From: the human T2T-CHM13v2.0 reference genome, Homo sapiens | Direction: 5' to 3' (one strand) | Assembly (NCBI RefSeq): GCF_009914755.1 | Contig: NC_060931.1 | DNA length: 64,000 nt | Notes under the pieces: generated by a model | What the model was told of the DNA's origin: nothing | Database searches by the model: none | The model's input: only the letters and a program-made list of their open reading frames with translations | Made by a program: the position numbers and the translations under genes | Shown: positions 57,590 through 64,000 of the stretch, in pieces | Layout of the letters: each line of letters starts with the position of its first letter | How positions within the stretch are numbered: position 1 is the stretch's first letter

Positions 57590-57855
57590 CTACACCTGAA
57601 TTAAAGTGTCCCCCAAAATTCATGTCCTTCCCAGAACCTCAGACTGTAACCTTATTTGGAAACAGGGTCATTGCAGATGTAATAAATTAAGATGAGGTTG
57701 TATTGGAGTAGAGTGGGTCCCTAACCCAATCTGAGTGGTATCTTTATACGAGTAGACACAGACATACAGAGGGAAGATGGCCATGTGGTGACATATGCAG
57801 GGATTGCAGTGATGCAGCTACAAGCGGAAGAACACCAAGAATTGTTGGCAACTGG
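57590..57855 (+). mobile_element. MLT1-type MaLR LTR fragment
   Basis: CCCCCAAAATTCATGTCC...CCTTATTTGGAAACAGGGTCATTGCAGATGTAAT. Confidence 0.7.
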
Positions 57856-58203
57856 GCCTGGCAAGGTGGCTCACACTTCTAATCCTTTGGGAGGCTGCTA
57901 AAAAATAAAAACAAAGCCGGGCACAGTGGCTCACACCTATAATCCAAGCACTTTGGGAGGCCGACACAGGCGGATCACCTGAGGTCAGGAGTTCGAGACC
58001 AGCCTGGTGAAACCCTGTCTCTACTAAAAATACAAAAATTAGCCAGGCTTGGTGGTGGGTGCTTGTAATCCCAGCTACTTGGGAGGCTGAGCAGGAGAAT
58101 CGCTTGAACCGAGGAGGCGGAGGTTGCAGTGAGCCAAGATCGTGCCATTGCACTCCAGCCTGGGCGACACAGTGATATTCTGCCTCAAAAAAAAAAAAAA
58201 AAG

Positions 58204-58285
58204 ACTAGAAGGGACAATTTCTATGTTTATCCAAAAAAAAAAACAAAAAAAAAAAACTGTCTGTGGGACTATTGGGTCAGTTTCA
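58204..58285 (-). mobile_element. 5' fragment of the same ERV1 LTR family
   Basis: AGGGACAATTTCTATGTTTATC...GGGACTATTGGGTCAGTTTCA aligns with 55201-55259. Confidence 0.7.
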
Positions 58286-59075
58286 TATACATGAAAGACT
58301 CCTCTTGAATTCATTTCCGTGTTGCCCAGAAAACATTCCCCATATGGGTTGTTAGAACAACGACAAAGCAAGAATTGGACATGAAAGGACCCACTGCTGT
58401 AAAAATTTAGACAAATAAAGAGTCGATGCACTGAGAAGTGTTCAGGAAGGCTGGGTAGGAGAGTTCACGGGTCAGGGAAGGAATGCCCAGACAGAAAACG
58501 ACTCCACAGCCACAGCTAAGGCAACGAGTAGAAAAAGAGAAGAAGCCTTTCCAGGGAAGCTTCAGATATTTCTCCCGTCAGCTGTGAGTGAGGAATTGGG
58601 GTGGAGGCTGATGGGACACCAGCAATTGCAGTTCAACTGCAAGGAATCGGGCGTGGGAAAACCTGGCCTGTTAAGCCTTAACCACACACAGAACAGAACC
58701 CAGGTGTCCCTAGAGAAGTGCTGAAATGAGATAAGAAATGGGAACTAACTTGAGATACTACATTTATTTGTAATATGAATAGCAAAATATATCAGGGGCA
58801 CATGTCGGGACCTCTTGGGGCTGTGTCATGGAAATAAAAAAAATTTAAAACAGGCCGGGCGTGGTAGCTCATGCCTATAATCCCAGCACTTTAGGAGGCC
58901 GAGGCAGGCAGATCACCTGTGGGCATGGTGGTGCATGTAGTAATCCCAGCTACTCAGGAGGCTGAGGCAGAAGAATTGCTTGAACCCAGGAGTCGGAGGT
59001 TGCAATGAGCCGAGATCACGCCACATGCACTCCAGCCTGGGCGACAGAGCGAGACTGCATCTCAAAAAACAAAAA

Positions 59076-59106
<31 letters not shown>

Positions 59107-59164
59107 CTCATGAACTAAGAAAGAAATACTTCCATGTGACAATTTTTCTTTCTTCCTAGACTCA

Positions 59165-59657
<493 letters not shown>

Positions 59658-60544
59658 TTATCAGAGTTGCACTGTCCCTCTAAATCCACCCAGGGCTGCA
59701 CGTCTTTTATTTACACAGACACACATACCCACAATTTCATATGTGTGTGTGTGTGTGCATGCATGTGTATGTATGTCTATATATTAATATATAATATAAT
59801 GTATACTATAAATCAACCAATGAACAAGCCAGCATCTCTTATCCCATCTAGAAGATCCAAGGCCTACTAGTTGTCATTTCCATTTCCCAAACCCGAATCC
59901 TGCCAATATGACAAGAATACTAAGAAAAGGAATTTGGATCATGCCATTGTATAGCTTCAAATGTCCGCACCCTAATCCCGTCTAACTTGCTCCAAACAGC
60001 CACGCTTTTATGCTCTTCAAATACAAATGCTCGTTGGCATGAAGGTGAACCGCCCTTTCCATTTTCTCCTTTTCCCCTCAATCTGGGATATCAAATCTGG
60101 TGTCAGAATGGCATAGTCTGCACAGAGAGGATATCATGAGGTGGTTTAGTTTCCTTGAGCTTTATGTGTGAAAGCACAATCAGGGGTGCTAGAATTCCGA
60201 TATTTTACTACAGGCACAAGATACTGGGGGACATAAAATCAAAACAAAATCCCCAAATCCTGAAGACCCTGTGATGCCAGGAAGAGAAAATAAAGCCACT
60301 CATACTCCCAGGACTGTAGCCTTTGTTTGGAATTGGGGTACCCATTTTGCTACACTTTTCATGCAACTAAAAAGCACAGTGTGGCATATATTGTATGGTG
60401 GTAGTAGAAATACTGCTGTAGGAGGCCGGGCGCAGTGGCTCACGCCTGTAATCCCGGCAATTTGGGAGGCTGAGGTGGGAGGATCACCTGAGGTCGGGAA
60501 TTCAAGACCAGCCTGACCAACATAGCGAAACCCCATCTCTATTA

Positions 60545-60875
<331 letters not shown>

Positions 60876-61120
60876 CTAACTGAAATAAAAGGGCCTTGTT
60901 GCTCAGAGCCCAACGGCTGTTCCAACTGTTTTCCAAGGGGCTGGACAACAATGTCCAAGAAGTAAGCAGTGGAGCTGGCTGGGTTGTAGTTTAGGAAGCA
61001 AATGCCAGAAGACAGTGGGAGCCCTGGAGTGTGGAATGGGGAGTCTGGGACTGGAGGGCTGCAGATATTAGTCTCAGTTCCCTCCTTACAAGGACTTGGA
61101 TCTGCCTTCCGTCAAAATCA

Positions 61121-61657
<537 letters not shown>

Positions 61658-62169
61658 TCACGAGGTCAGGAGATGGAGACCATCCTGGCTAACGTGGTGA
61701 AACCCCCTCTCTACTAAAAATACAAAAAAATTAGCTGGGCGTGGTGGTGGGCGCCTGTAGTCCTCAGCTCAGGCTGAGGCAGGAGAATGGCGTGAACCGG
61801 GGAGGAGGAGCTTGCAGTGAGCTGAGATAGCACCACTGCACTCCAGCCTGGGCGACAGAGCGAGACTCTCTCTCGAAAAAAAAAAAAAAAGATTTGGAAG
61901 TACAGCATGGTGACTACAGTTAACAATATCGTGTTGTATACCTGAGACGTGCAGAGAGTAGGTCTCAAGTGTCCTCACCACACAAATGGTAACTAGGGAA
62001 GGTGGAAGATATGTTATAGCTTGGTCATGGTCATCATTTCACAGTGTACATGAATATCAGATCATCACTACACATTAAATATATGCAATGTTTATTTTTC
62101 AGTGAGACCTCAAAAAAGCAGTAAAAATGTTTAAAGATATGGAAATAAGTGTATGTGTAAAGATGTCTC

Positions 62170-62370
62170 TGTGCTCCAGGTATGCATGTGTTCCATGTAT
62201 GCACGTGTGTTCTATGTTCACATGTGTGATCCATGTACGCACGTGTGTTCTGTGTTCACATGTGCTTCATGTGTGTACGTGTGTTCTGTGTTCGCATGTG
62301 CTCCATGTGTGCACTGTGTTCTGTGTTCGCATGTGTGTTCTGTGTTTGCATGTGTGTTCCATGTATGCAC
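62170..62370. repeat. Degenerate TG-rich tandem repeat (about 35-bp unit TGTGTTCTGTGTTCGCATGTGCTCCATGTGTGCAC)
   Basis: TGTGTTCT(A/G)TGTT recurs about five times. Confidence 0.75.
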
Positions 62371-62967
62371 ATCCTAGCTCTGCCCACTGAGAGGACCTAG
62401 ACATGGCCACACTTAAATAGCCACGAGCACATCCCGTGTCCAGTTCTTGGCTTCTAACCATTCTCCATTAAAAGGAGCAAGGGCTCCTTTGAGAAATGGT
62501 TGATTGCAGTATCAGGACAGGGAAAATATAAATGAACCCAGAACATCTTTTTGTGCCAGAGAGAGCAAGGAAGTTGCCCAAAGAATGCCAGGGACATGCA
62601 AAAGGCACAGATGTCTGTGTACAGGGCTCCCACTGGCCAAATCTGAGACAGAGCATCAAAATAATGAGAGAGAAGGATTACAATGCATGGGATAAAACAG
62701 GACTACAGGAAATGATGAGTCATAGAGGTATAAAATCTGCAGAGGAATAAATGAAAAACTCCATGAGGAATGGGATATTCACATGATTTCAAATTACCCC
62801 CACAAAAATCACAAAAATACTAGAAAGTTATCAAGACGGGGGAAAAGGGGCCAGGCGCGGTGGCTCACGCCTGTAATCCCAGCACTTTGGGAGGCCGAGG
62901 TGGGCGGATCACGAGGTCAGGAGATCGAGACTGTCCTGGCTAACACAGTGAAACCCCGTCTCTACTA

Positions 62968-63204
<237 letters not shown>

Positions 63205-63838
63205 CTAACTTAAGTGATGAAAGTGAACATCACCAGTAATGAAACAAATTGGAATCGTGTGCCACCTGCTGAGTTGCAACAGAACACAGAATCGCTTCTG
63301 GACATGCTCCTCAAGAAATGACCCTGAACTTTCTCAGGAAGACAGACATAGCAGACACACCCAAATTAAGGGGCATTTGACAAAATAACTTTTCTGTAGT
63401 CCTGAAGAGCAGCAAGGCCACGGAAGTCAAGGACAGACTGAGACTGTTCTAGACTGAAAGAGACTAGAGAGACAGGACAGCTGAATACAGCAGGCGACTC
63501 TAAACTGGCTCCTTTTGCGAAAAGGACATTATTAGAACGATTGTCAAAACGTGAAGGGGCCCTAAGGATTGGCAGTTTCATTCCAGTTTCCTGGTTTTCA
63601 TGGTTATGGTATCATTTTGATGGTATCACTCCAGTTTCCTGATTTTGATGGTGCCATTGTGGTTATGTAGGAGAATGTCCTTGTTTGGAGGGTAATGGAG
63701 CCTCAGGCAATTTACTCTCAAATGGCTGAGAATAAAAGTTCTATGCATTGTACTTCCAAGAATTGAGAGGACAGGATAAAGATGGATGGGCTTGGGAGGC
63801 CAAGGTGGGCAGATCACGAGGTCAGGAGTTCGAGACTA

Positions 63839-64000
<162 letters not shown>

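Noticed and set aside
62127-62390. Cys/His-rich ORFs resembling zinc fingers
   Set aside because: Translation of the TG-rich tandem repeat; no C2H2 spacing or TGEKP linkers.

Overview
Human (or very close ape) genomic DNA that I recognise as 7q36.1. The left end carries two convergent Pol III Y RNA genes, RNY3 (+, 1935-2036) and RNY1 (-, 5312-5424), each with a complete type-3 promoter (TATA, PSE, octamer and SPH/ZNF143). The lncRNA GHET1 region probably follows, starting back-to-back with the RNY1 promoter. The centre holds the complete 10-exon PDIA4 (ERp72) gene on the - strand: CDS 46533 to 21935, 1938 nt = 645 aa plus stop, all introns GT-AG, three WCGHC sites, C-terminal KEEL, and a CpG-island promoter with ERSE-like elements. 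The rest is very Alu-dense, with L1, MIR, DNA-transposon and LTR relics, a U6 retropseudogene, and a solo LTR12C inserted into an AluY about 9.5 kb upstream of PDIA4 in the same orientation. I see no wholly new gene system. The best leads are: (1) a frame-symmetric exon 2+3 module bracketed by inverted Alus, predicting a stop-free circle and an ERp57-like skipped isoform; (2) an AluY that appears to have captured a foreign LTR+AluSp fragment; (3) a perfect UPRE fused to a CCAAT box in PDIA4 intron 1; (4) the sense LTR12C as a latent alternative promoter. Repeat subfamily names come from recognition by eye and need RepeatMasker/Dfam confirmation. Almost all ORF-track entries outside the PDIA4 exons are Alu or GC-content artefacts.
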